Origin: Heteronotia binoei
Lineage: Eukaryota
NCBI RefSeq assembly: GCF_032191835.1
Contig: NC_083223.1
Location: forward strand, 103,168,001-103,232,000
Reading direction: 5' to 3'
Length of the DNA: 64,000 nt
Positions within the stretch are counted from its first letter, which is position 1, and the number at the start of each line of letters is the position of its first letter. This document shows, one piece after another, positions 34,547-45,222 of this stretch. The translations under genes and the position numbers were made by a program. Below the pieces are notes generated by a model. That model was not told the DNA's origin, searched no databases, and was given only the letters and a program-made list of their open reading frames with translations.

Positions 34547-35924
34547 ACTAGAACCACCAAGTAGTTCTGGCAGCATGACAGGGACCCTTCAGTAGTGCCA
34601 GCTATGGGTGTTATATCATCAGTTGCCTTCCCTCACTGCTGCTGCTTGATGGCAGTGTAGGAAGAGATCAGAAGTGAGCAGATGCTGCAGGCTGCTGGGT
34701 AGGTCTGTAGCCATGTGGGGGGGGAACCTGTGGGGCACCTGCTTTTTTTCTTTCTTTGTCATGACTGAGCCTCTGAAGCATCATCAGAGGCAGCCAGAGC
34801 TGGGAGAGCTGAGCAGGGCACAGTGCGCTGCAGCAGCAAACGCAGCAGGTGAAGAAGAGGGAGGTGGAGGAAGCCATGTGAAATGGGGAGGGGGCCAGAT
34901 GAAGCTTCTGGCTGCAAGGTATCTCTAGCCATCCATGAAGCCCAACTGAATTGGCAAATTTACTCTTCTCATGCATCACAAACTTGTTCTGAGGTTGAAA
35001 TAACACCACATTTTTCTGACCTTCTTTAAAGAAAGGTAAAATACAAATATCATGTAAAATTAATGAAGTGTGAAGAAGTTCCAAAATCATTGAGACTTTC
35101 TTCCATGCAATGAATTCAAGATCAGGGTGTAAATCTTCCAAATGGCACTTTCTTGCCACCAGGAGTCATATACTCCCTGTGCATATAGTTTATATTTATA
35201 TCTTCCATTAATTAAGCACTGTGGAATCCTTGGGGAACTAAAGGCAATATACACAAATGTCTGGTGCTTATAGCACATTTATTTGAGATTTGTAGTCTGA
35301 GCATTAAGTATATGTTTAAATGTATCTTGGACTTCTACTTGCTTTCTTTCAATTTAAAATTTATCTTTATCAGGCTTATCTGACCCCCATTTTAAGGGTG
35401 GAAAATGCAATTATGCTTTTGAGATGTGCAGTACAGTCCTATCCATATTTCACTTCCAAGGCATCATGCTGCTGTCTTCCCTATGATTTTCATTTAGCTT
35501 TTGTAGGGGGTACTCTAAATGGACACAAATGTAACAAGCTAGCATACAATTACCATGTAACTTCTTGAAGGGTTTTTTTCCCCTTCAGTATGCTATATTG
35601 CTATGTTGAAACAGAATGGTGGAAACACATCAGTTACACTGACAGATCGTGAATCTTTAACCTTGATTAGGGCAGTTCAAACCTTACAGCTTCTGATGGT
35701 GCTCCATACAGTGGTTGTAACATTTTAACCCGGTTTATGCTAGATAGGTCAATCAAATTACACCAGTGCTGCATAGTTCTTAGCTAGGTTACCTGATATG
35801 TTTATGGAGAAACTTTACAGACCCAAACTCCAGTTAACCAAAATGAGTACATTTTGCATTATATCTTTGAGCTTCTGCCACTCCCTGACTAGGATATAAG
35901 GTCTCTGGGATCTCACTTCCTACT

Positions 35925-36103
35925 TTATATTTGATGATGGGAGTTGCTCTGACTCTAGAAAGCTTATACCACCCCCCCACACACACACACACACAAATCT
36001 TGCTGGTCTCCAAAAATGTTTTTAAGATAAACTTATGTAAGTTTGTGTGTTGTGAGCCGCCCTGAGCCGCTTCGGTGGGAAGGGCGGGATATAAGTCGAA
36101 ATA

Positions 36104-36138
<35 letters not shown>

Positions 36139-36192
36139 ATGGTACTGGACTTGAATTCTATTGCAGACCAACAAGGCTACCCTCCTGAAACT
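35925..36192 (+). mobile_element. Penelope pLTR relic with a degenerate hammerhead, split by an L2 tail (36017-36140)
   Basis: TTGATGA-t-gggagt..gactct-a-GAAA-gcttatacc at 35931-35970; the pLTR end ggtactggacttgaa..gcagaccaac..ctgaaact resumes after the (TAAA)n tail. Confidence 0.6.
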
Positions 36193-36600
36193 ATCACCAC
36201 TTTATCAAAACTATCTTCAACCCACAGTTTCATGTTGGAGACATCAATGAAGTACTGAGACCACATCAGTTCTCCTAGGCTTACACAAAAGTACCTTATG
36301 TCATGCTTAATTCACCTAGGCCCATAATATATCACCGGCCAGTTTACACAGCTCTTTTCTCATCTCAAGATGACTGAAAATAATTTTGTGTGAAGACACC
36401 TAAACCCACATTTTTTCAGACCAGGGTTGTCTTAACAGCATTATAAGACACAGAAAATGAAATTGGTTAGGTTCTTTGTACTATATGTTGACATTCTACA
36501 GCTAAACATGTAGGTTTGAAAGGCAAGGGTATAATCTGCAATGGAGTTTTCAAAGGATACAATTTACATCAACTAAAGGAAACTCCAAGCCTCTCTTTCT

Positions 36601-36758
36601 CTAGGATTTGATATTACACCTGATCTCCGGGGAACAGAAATCAGTTTGCCTGCTTTGGAAGATAGACTCTATGCCCCATTGAAGTTCCACCCCCCTCCAC
36701 AAACCCTGCCCTCCCCAAAAATCTCCAAGTATTTCCCAACCCAGATCTGGCAACCCTA
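36601..36758. mobile_element. TAGGGTTGCC-type hAT MITE, inverted relative to 27370
   Basis: Ends cccagatctggcaacccta; internal similarity to the reverse complement of the 27370 copy. Confidence 0.65.
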
Positions 36759-37037
36759 CTTCCCAGCCCTATGCAAAAAACTTTACCAGACTTTTGTCCT
36801 GACCCTCTCCGCTTTCCTTCTTTCATCTATATTTGTGCCTTTTCTTTTTATTCATTGCTCCTGCTCCTGGAGCTAGAAATGAGGGAACTATGAAAACAAT
36901 AACAAGAATGTTCATTGGGTATAATGAGAGAAGCCCAAAGATCCACTGCATATAATAGGAGCCAGGAATGCCAGTTCACTTGCATGGGATTCATTTAAAT
37001 ACATCACAACACCCACAGAAATTACAATAAAAATGCA

Positions 37038-37207
37038 TTCAGGTGGGGAAGCTGTGTTGGTCTGAAGCAGCAGAACAAAGTTTGAGTCCGGTAGCACCTT
37101 TAAGTCCAACAAAGTTTTATTCATGGTATAAGCAAAGTGTGCTTGCACATGAAAGCTTATACCATGAATAAAATTTCGTTGGTCTTAAAGGTGCCACTGG
37201 ACTCAAA
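37038..37207 (-). mobile_element. Penelope-derived fold-back with a half hammerhead at its centre
   Basis: 53-nt arms 37081-37133 / 37155-37207 around aaagtgtgcttgcacatgaaa, with a 43-nt tail on the left. Confidence 0.78.
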
Positions 37208-38449
37208 ATAAAAGCACAGGCAGGTTTACATAAACCATTTTTGGTACTGTAATGACAGCCCCCAGAGTGGATTAACAGTCCCAAAGTTTAGAATTAGTGC
37301 TCTGCAAAAGCAAGGAGAAACCTTAAAGAGAAATAAATACCGTACTTTATATTTTAATTAATACTTCTGGAGGATGTGCAATTATCCACAGTTAGCTTAC
37401 TTGTTAGCTGTTTTATTTCCTTCCAGGGTCGTTAAATTGATATCAGCCACCTCAGTCTATAGTAATGAGTATAAATCTTGCCCTCTTCAACTTTTTTCTT
37501 ACAGCAGTGTCCACTGAGTTCCTATCATGTGTCACACCCTGCCTGAGCTCCCTGGCCACTTTTGCCCACTTTGTTGACCACTGATACAGAGCTCCCTGTT
37601 AAGTCTGTTTTAAGTCCTGCTCTAAGGTTGCTGCAGTTCTATACCACAGAAATGGGCACTCAGACACACAAAGCTATGTATTTAAACCATCAGCCATGCT
37701 TGCTTGATCAGCTGTACATGGATAAAGTGCTTCTGAATTTGAGAAATGAAGATCTTGATGAACATAGGATAATTATTTATTACCTGTGTTATCTTGGACC
37801 TAAACACCAGTTTGATTTTCACTTTGATCAGCACAGATGGCTAGAATACTTGTCAAAATGGGCAGAGCTAAAAAGAAATTTAGATATTAAAATCTTAATA
37901 TCTGAAAATACACGTTGCCTAAAGAATGTGAAAAAGGGGTTTTAGTAGAAACTGTGGGGTGGACACTGTGGGTTTGTAACAGACGTTTCAGAGCACTGAT
38001 TCTGGTCCCAGGGACTGTCATTCCAACTACAGAACACTTAAGCCACCTTCAGGAAGTATCATTTTACTTTGGGGGCTGTCATTCTAGAACCAGGGCAGGT
38101 TTGTCTAAATCCATTCCATGTTTTCATGGTAAAGTTACCATGTGTGCTGTAATGTATTTCACTGAAGCCCATGCAAATTTTCTGGCATTCCTGCCTCTTA
38201 TTACATCCAATGGGCCTTTAAGAATCTCCTATTGTTCCCAGTGCATATTCTTGTCAGTCACTTTAATACATCCTGGGAAATTATTCCTGTCTATCTCCTG
38301 GGTCACATAACAGGTTGCTTCTCTTTTCAGTAGCATCCCCGCTTCCCCCATTCCCGCTCTACAAAGCTTGCCTAACGTTTCCCCAGTGTTTACAAGGAGG
38401 AACAAATTGAAGAGCAGTTGCTCCTTCAACGCCTGTTCTCTAACAGGAG

Positions 38450-39320
38450 TTAACCATCTTCCATAGTCCAGCCAGCCCCCTTCCCTCGTCTCCGGCTAGG
38501 CCAAGCCAGGGCCAGTCCGGCCCTGTTTCTCTCCACCCACTCTCTAAGGTCCATCTGCTCTGGCGGCCCTGTCCCGAGTGCGCGCGCTCTCCCCTCCACC
38601 CCCGCCTCACGCGAGCACCTCCCTGAGACCCCTCCCTCCTTTCCGAATCTTCCCCGGCCGTCGCCTAGGAAACCAGCCGATACCGTGTAAATAGGCACCC
38701 TGCAAAAGCAATGCAGCTGGGTAACAAAGGAGTCGAGCCTCGCAAATGAGACTCGGCAGAAAGAAAGGGGGAGAAAAATCCCCAGACGAGCTCCATTTGC
38801 CCTCTCTTTCTCCCTTTGATGGAGATGCTGAAGAGAAGCTTCCAGCCTCCTCCTAGACAGGATTCACAGCACTTTAAACCAACAGCCACACAGTTATGCA
38901 GATGGAAGGCAAATCAGTTATGTGCTAGTGAAGGAAATCAACAGGCTTCGGAGTGCATTTTCAAGCACCTGGATGTGAATGGATTTGTCCAGATTACGTT
39001 TCGGTTGGGGAATGCCACATATGTGCACAAGAAGGGTCGTTTTCCATCAACTTGTGTTGCGGACTGCCGGCCCGGTTTTCCTGAAGGGTGATATGGTTGT
39101 TGGCACGATGCACATTTACCCTTCCCCCAACTCCCAGCCCCGAATCACAGCAAGTCTAGCAGAATACAGCTCGGAAGGCTGAATAAATACATCGAACTGG
39201 AGTCGTCGTCGCCCCCTCTCCCCAATTTCCAAAAGAGAGAAGAAAAGATTAAAACAAAGAAATCGCCGTTGGCACCGATGGTTTTCCACCGCGCGATCCA
39301 TTTTTCCCCTGTAGTCCAAG
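38450..39320. promoter_or_regulatory. Upstream CpG-rich block
   Basis: High density of unmethylated-type CpG (cgagtgcgcgcgc, ccccggccgtcg, gtcgtcgtcgcc, ccgcgcgat) against a CpG-depleted background. Confidence 0.6.
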
Positions 39321-40739
39321 CTGGGGGAAAGAATTGTATTTGGAGAAAACGAGGAAGGAGGGGGTGCGGAAGGAAGCTTGATGTAAAAACCAAATGCCTC
39401 GTGGTGTGTTTTGCCCACAAGAAATGAAATATGCCTTGAATGAGTGCCATCTTGCTAAAAATACTAGAGTGTTGGCAATGGGGGATGGGGGGAACTGGGG
39501 ATCTTGGAATAGCGATGAATCCGGACTCATCACGCATCTGAAGTCTATACGGGAAAGAAAGATGTGCCGTTGAAGGTTCAGCGCCCCATAACTGCCCTTT
39601 TCCAAACATTATTGTTCTTAAATCCTGTAACAATACATTAGGTCTTCTGGTGTCACTCGGGGGAAAATAGCACTCGAACGATCTCCATTTTTGCTTCTAA
39701 AGCAGCACTTACATATTGCAACACTTTCTATCACACCAGGATAGATATGGAGGGAAGAATCCGCTATATAGGGTTGCAATTCTATGCATAGCTAGGCATG
39801 TGAAAACACATTGATTTCTATGGGGTTCGGAAGGAGAACTCCCCATAGAGTCGGGATGCATATAGCCCAAGATGGGAAGCCTCCTCCCCCCTCGCAATTC
39901 AGAACATTGTTATTTTCACACAAACCATCATGGCTCCGACATGCCCAACAGTCGCCTAAATGGGAACGAATTAGACTCGAGTTGCATTTGGCTAACGCTA
40001 ATAGCATTTTCAAGGCACGTGAAATGCTTTTATTAAAAAAATTACAATAAAAAGATATTCACTTCAGTCATAAATTTCATCTTCAAGAAAAAGCTTTGCA
40101 CTCTCAGCAAACATATTTTCAAAATACAAATCAAAGCTAATCAGGCTGCGGAATTTAATTAGACCCGTAGGCTGCTCGCAAAATATTTTATTTCGAGCCA
40201 ATGGAGGGGGGGGGAGGAATGTTCTTTCCATAGCAGTGGTAACAGCAGCAGCTGCTTTAAGCATTTTTCACATCTGGCCTACAGACCTAATAATTTCAAC
40301 TCATGATCTCGTTTGGCGAAATTTGATCTACGTGGTTTAAATACCTTTCAAATTGGGGCGACTGAACAATTGCAACCAATTAAAGCCAAAACGCAAGCCT
40401 CGCTATCTGTTGATTTTTCTGTAACAACAGAGGGTGGAGAGGAGTGGAAAGGAAGGGGGTGGCAGCGGGGGCGAGAGGATGAAATCACAAACACATACAA
40501 GTCAAACCATTGTCTCTAATTTAACACTGAGGAAGGGAGGTTGGAGAGACAGACACCAAACAGAGACTACCATCAAGAGCCCCCCCCCCCTCCTTTAAAG
40601 AGCATTCGTCTGCTACCACAAGGGACAGGCAATGAACTCCGCCGTGCAACATTTTGTTTTTCCCCCTTTTTAAAGAGAAAGAGAAATCAGGGTGCCTGCC
40701 TTAATCCCATTAATTTATTTATATTCTTCGGAGTATTAA

Positions 40740-40890
40740 TTATCAGTCCAAGGCCGATTTCAAATTATTGCAATCGCAACTCCATTGTTCGCTCCAATTG
40801 GAAGCCCCGCCCCCTCTTTTGTCTGGCGGCGCGGTGATTGGTCGGCGGCGGGTGGGGGCTGCCGTCAGCGCTCGGAAAGCCCATTCATCT
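40740..40890 (+). promoter_or_regulatory. MARCKS core promoter: CCAAT boxes and GC box, TATA-less
   Basis: Palindromic CCAATTGG at 40794-40801, GC box CCCCGCCCC at 40805-40813, inverted CCAAT (ATTGG) at 40837-40841, in a CpG island. TSS inferred ~40880-40890. Confidence 0.7.
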
Positions 40891-41317
40891 GTGCACTTGG
40901 GCGTTGGACTCCGCATCTTATTAGCGACCAGGGAGATTTCTCCATTTTCCCCTTGTCTACAGTACGGCTACAAATCTGGGATTTTTATTACTTCTTTTTT
41001 GTACTAAACTTGGGCTTCTAATATTTTTGCTCGACTTTTTCCCCTTCCTTTTTTCCCCCCTTTCTTCCTGCGCTGCTGCCTTTTTTGATCTCTCCAGCTT
41101 TATTTTTTATTCCAAACCTCCCCCCCCACCAAGGAGTCTATATATAAATATAATCGGTTCTGTTCTCTTTTCCCTCCCTCCTCCTCCCCCTCTGGTGTGC
41201 TTGTGTGTGTGCGCTGCTGCTCTTCAGGCTGCTGGTCGATCAGCATTTATACAAACCCGCCGCTCTTTGTTTCCTCTCCTCTTGGATCTGTTGAGTTTCT
41301 TTGTTGAATAAGCCAGC
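40890..41317 (+). other. MARCKS: MARCKS 5' UTR (start approximate)
   Basis: Sequence recalled as matching the mammalian MARCKS leader (gcacttgggcgttggac..gcatcttattagc..ggatctgttgagtttctttgttgaa.aagccagcATG); pyrimidine-rich with no ATG. Confidence 0.75.
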
Positions 41318-41416
41318 ATGGGTGCCCAATTCTCCAAGAACGCTGCAAAAGGCGAAGCCGCCGCCGAAAAACCCGGAGAAGCAGTGGCTGCATCTCCTTC
41401 CAAAGCGAATGGTCAG
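41318..41416 (+). CDS. MARCKS: MARCKS coding exon 1 (33 aa; myristoylation motif)
   Basis: MGAQFSKNAAKGEAAAEKPGEAVAASPSKANGQ, Kozak context gccagcATGG, phase-0 donor CAG|GTAAG at 41417. Confidence 0.97.
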
Positions 41417-43264
41417 GTAAGAAGGGGACGGTGATTTTATTTTTAAATCTTGCATTGCATGTTCTGGTACTGCTTTCTTCTTTCTCCTCGTGGGGTGTAC
41501 ATTTTAAAAACTGATCTGAAACCCTTCTCTCTGTTTTAAAACCGCTTGAATGGAAAGGTGTGGCTTTTCGTACAGTTTTGCGTGAGTGGACTTGGTTTTT
41601 AGGGTTCAAGCCTGTATTTCAGACTCCCTCCTTATACCCCATTTTTAAGCATGATATGGGAGGGGGCCAGTGTATTCTCTTTCGTTCGAAGACAGTGTTC
41701 TGTACTTAGACAGGGAGCATCTTTGTCTTAATAGCTGGAGGATGTGTGAGATCCGCGGATGATAATGGCTGTCTTGATGGATAGTCTCCTGTGGTTTCCT
41801 ATACTGTAACACTCTATTTTCGTCTCCCTCTTTTGGCGCGTTGTGTGTGTGTGTGTTCGTGTGTGTATGTGCCGGGGGGGGGGGGGCTTGGTGATAAGGC
41901 AATGGCAAGAGAAAACGGTGGAGGGGGGAGGGCGCTGGAGAGTTATCTGTATTGAGGAAGGGGCTGTTGACGAGATCTTCTCCATCTTGCCTGCTGTGTC
42001 CCTTGCGCGGTTCATAGCCCAAGCTTAGCGTGTGTGAGAGAGTGGACTCGGAGAGGAAGCGCGCGCCCGCCTGTGTGCGTGTGCCTGTTGTATTAACTGC
42101 TATGGAATGCAGCAGACCGTCGACCCCAGAGGGGTAACTGTAGGGCAGGTTTGGGTTTTTGTATGCAGCCTGCATGCGGTTCCGTCTTCCTGCTTACTAC
42201 CCCGTGCTTGAGCCTGATGCGCGCGTGCACTTATCGAGCCCGGGCTTGGCGACAGCCTGTAGAATGGTGAGCAGCAACGGCACCACGCCTCTTAGGCTGC
42301 AGCTGCTCGACTGGCTGTTTTCGCCCGTCCTCCTGGGCTTCTCTTTTCCCCTCCTCAAGAGGTGGTTTGTGGAAAATGCAACAAATGTGATAGAACCTCT
42401 TGTAGCCAGCCAGACAATGGCGGGAAGGAGACATTTCTTAAGTGTTTGCATTGGAGGCGGGGAGGGGAGAACGAAGACTGGGTCGGTTGGGAGAAGCGAC
42501 ATAGAGCTTTGTTTGCTTCGACTCCGCAGTTCTGGCCGAAGCGCGAGCAAAAGCTTCCTTCTACCCCGCCAGCAAGCTCTTAGCTTCTAGTCTCCTCCCT
42601 CCGTGGTTTCCTAGAGTCCCCGCCCCGCTTTTTCGGCTTTCCCCCCAAGATGGAGCCACAGTGCCCTCTAGAGGTAGAGGTTCGAAGTAGCGGCATCGCT
42701 TGGTCACTGGATCGAGGGAGGGTAGTTTAAATCGCCGAAGGGAAACGTGGACAGCTGCAGCACCATGTTTCCGGAGTCTGCACGAACGTCCCCCTTGCCC
42801 TAGGATTTAAGGTAGCTAGAGTTCAGAGTTTGGGTCTGAATAGCCTATTGCCTCCTGTCAGACTCTTGCGAATGTCTTGCTTCCCTCCACCCCACCCCAC
42901 CCCCCCAATAAGAAAAGCAGCGGTATGAAGTCTGGTTTCATGCTGTTATGAAGGTAGAGCCATCCAGTAAAGAAATGCTTTGGCTCAGTTTCACTCCAGT
43001 TTCTATTAACAAATAGGCATCTTGAGGCACCTGAAAAAAGGTTTTGTTGCCTCAAGGCAAGGCTCCTGCTTTTGGTTTGTCGCCACTAGCCTGACTACTG
43101 CTGCTGGAATCTTAACGTTGATCAGTTTGCGTAATCCAGGTCATATAAATAACCAACCTGGCACTTGATCATGAGGTAGACTAAGATGTGAGGGAGATGG
43201 GCATGGTCTTCAGCCGAAGCATAAGAGCTCTTTCAACCAATAACACCTCGTTACTTTCTTCCAG
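41417..43264 (+). other. MARCKS: MARCKS single intron (1848 bp), CpG-rich
   Basis: GT..AG ends; branch-point-like ccaataac and polypyrimidine ttactttcttccAG; splits the MH2 motif KANGQ|ENGHVK. Confidence 0.95.
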
Positions 43265-44014
43265 GAGAATGGCCATGTGAAGGTGAATGGCGATGCCTCG
43301 CCAGCAGCTGCGGAGGCAGGCAAGGAGGAGGTCCAAGCCAATGGCAGTGCGCCAGCAGAAGAGTCAGTGAAGGAAGAGCAGACCCCTTCAGAGCCAGCCT
43401 CTGAGAAGGAGGCGGCAGAAGCAGAGAGCACTGAGCCAGCCTCTCCTGCCGAAGGGGAGTCTTCCTCGAAGACTGAGGAGGGAACTACTCCTTCTTCTAG
43501 CAATGAGACCCCGAAAAAAAAAAAGAAGCGCTTTTCCTTCAAAAAGTCCTTTAAGCTCAGTGGCTTCTCCTTTAAAAAGAACAAAAAGGAGGCTGGGGAA
43601 GGAGCTGACAATGAAGGTGCAGCTGCTTCCGCAGAAGGAGGCAAGGATGAAGCAGCTGCTGCCCCAGAGACTGCAAACAATGAGGAGAGCAAACCTGCCC
43701 CAGAGGAGTCCTCTGCTGCTGCTGCTGCTAGCAGCTCAGAGGAAACAAAGGAGGAGACTGGTGGCTCACAGGAAGCCAAATCGGAAGAGACTGCACCAGA
43801 AAAGCCTTCAGGAGAAGAGGGTAAACCCACTGAAGAGCAGCAGCAGAAGCCCGAGGAGAAACAGGAAGAGGCAACAGCTGCCCCTAGTGCTACCACCGAA
43901 GCCACCTCAACTGAACAAGAGGCACCCAAAGCAGAGGAGCCAGCAGTAGCTCCGACACAGGAAGCTCCATCTGAGTCCAGTCCAGAAGCTCCACCCGCTG
44001 AGTCAGCAGAGTAG
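43265..44014 (+). CDS. MARCKS: MARCKS coding exon 2 (249 aa + stop; total 282 aa)
   Basis: ENGHVKVNGDASPA (MH2), effector domain KKKKKRFSFKKSFKLSGFSFKKNKK at 43514-43588 (MARCKS, not the MARCKSL1 variant), acidic Ala/Glu/Pro-rich tail, TAG at 44012-44014. Confidence 0.98.
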   Translation, partial: ENGHVKVNGDASPAAAEAGKEEVQANGSAPAEESVKEEQTPSEPASEKEAAEAESTEPASPAEGESSSKTEEGTTPSSSNETPKKKKKRFSFKKSFKLSGFSFKKNKKEAGEGADNEGAAASAEGGKDEAAAAPETANNEESKPAPEESSAAAAASSSEETKEETGGSQEAKSEETAPEKPSGEEGKPTEEQQQKPEEKQEEATAAPSATTEATSTEQEAPKAEEPAVAPTQEAPSESSPEAPPAESAE

Positions 44015-45020
44015 AGAATTGGCAGTTTTGCAATGATTGAACTTTTCTTCCCCCCTGTTTGTTTGTTTGGAGTGGTGCCAGGTACTGGTTTTGGAGAACT
44101 TGTCTACAACCAGGGATTGATTTTAAAAGATGTCTTTTCTCTTTTTTTGTCTCTACCCGCAGATCCCATCTCAGATCATTGTGTTGCCACCATTCCAAAT
44201 TGGTAGAGGAGAGACTAAATGTCTCCCTCCTCCTTGTTCCTTTTTTTTTTTTTGCATCAGTATTAATGTTTTTTGCATACTTTGCATCTTTATTCAAAAT
44301 GTAAACTTTTTTTTCCTCTGTCAGTCTATGGACATGCCCATATATGAAGGAGATGGATGGGTCAATAAGGGATAGCAAATGAAGTGATAGGGGTCACAAT
44401 GGGGAATTAGTGGTGCAGATAACTTGCCAAGAAAATGTGCCACAAGAAATAAGGGGTTAGTCTTTTTTAAAAAGAAAGTTATTACAATGTATTTTGTGAG
44501 GCAGATGTTCTATAAGGTTTACAACACTACAGGTCTTGACTAAGAAGGAAGAAAAAAATTCCAATACTCAGATTTAAAAAAAAAAATCNNNNNNNNNNNN
44601 NNNNNNNNNNNNNNNNNNNNNNNNNNNNNNNNNNNNNNNNNNNNNNNNNNNNNNNNNNNNNNNNNNNNNNNNNNNNNNNNNNNNNNNNNNNNNNNNNNNN
44701 NNNNNNNNNNNNNNNNNNNNNNNNNNNNNNNNNNNNNNNNNNNNNNNNNNNNNNNNNNNNNNNNNNNNNNNNNNNNNNNNNNNNNNNNNNNNNNNNNNNN
44801 NNNNNNNNNNNNNCTTTCCACCCTGCCCATTTTTTTTTTTGTAAAATTGCAGTAATCTTGGACCTTAAAACACACACACACACACAAACACAATTTTAAA
44901 CTCAACCAAGCTGTGATAAGTGGAATGGTTACTGTTTATACTGTGGTATGTTTTTGATGACAGCAGACGATGCTTTCTTATTCCAGTTGTCTTTGAGAAT
45001 AAAGAAGAAAAAACCAATTT
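44015..45020 (+). other. MARCKS: MARCKS 3' UTR (true end uncertain, may lie in or beyond the second gap)
   Basis: Blocks recalled as conserved with mammals (ggagtggtgccaggtactggttttggagaacttgtctacaaccagggattg; gcatcagtattaatgtttt; ggacatgcccatatatgaaggagatgg); AATAAA at 44998-45003. Confidence 0.8.
44589..44813. other. Assembly gap (225 N)
   Basis: N run. Confidence 1.
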
Positions 45021-45222
45021 NNNNNNNNNNNNNNNNNNNNNNNNNNNNNNNNNNNNNNNNNNNNNNNNNNNNNNNNNNNNNNNNNNNNNNNNNNNNNNNN
45101 NNNNNNNNNNNNNNNNNNNNNNNNNNNNNNNNNNNNNNNNNNNNNNNNNNNNNNNNNNNNNNNNNNNNNNNNNNNNNNNNNNNNNNNNNNNNNNNNNNNN
45201 NNNNNNNNNNNNNNNNNNNNNN
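45021..45222. other. Assembly gap (202 N)
   Basis: N run. Confidence 1.

Noticed and set aside
37562-38310. 127- and 131-aa ORFs upstream of MARCKS
   Set aside because: TTG/weak starts, no recognisable domain or splice structure; lengths are compatible with chance.
43210-43929. 239-aa minus-strand ORF antisense to MARCKS exon 2
   Set aside because: Low-complexity Ser/Ala/Leu mirror of the Glu/Ala/Pro/Lys-rich sense codons, which rarely create antisense stops; no independent promoter or motif.
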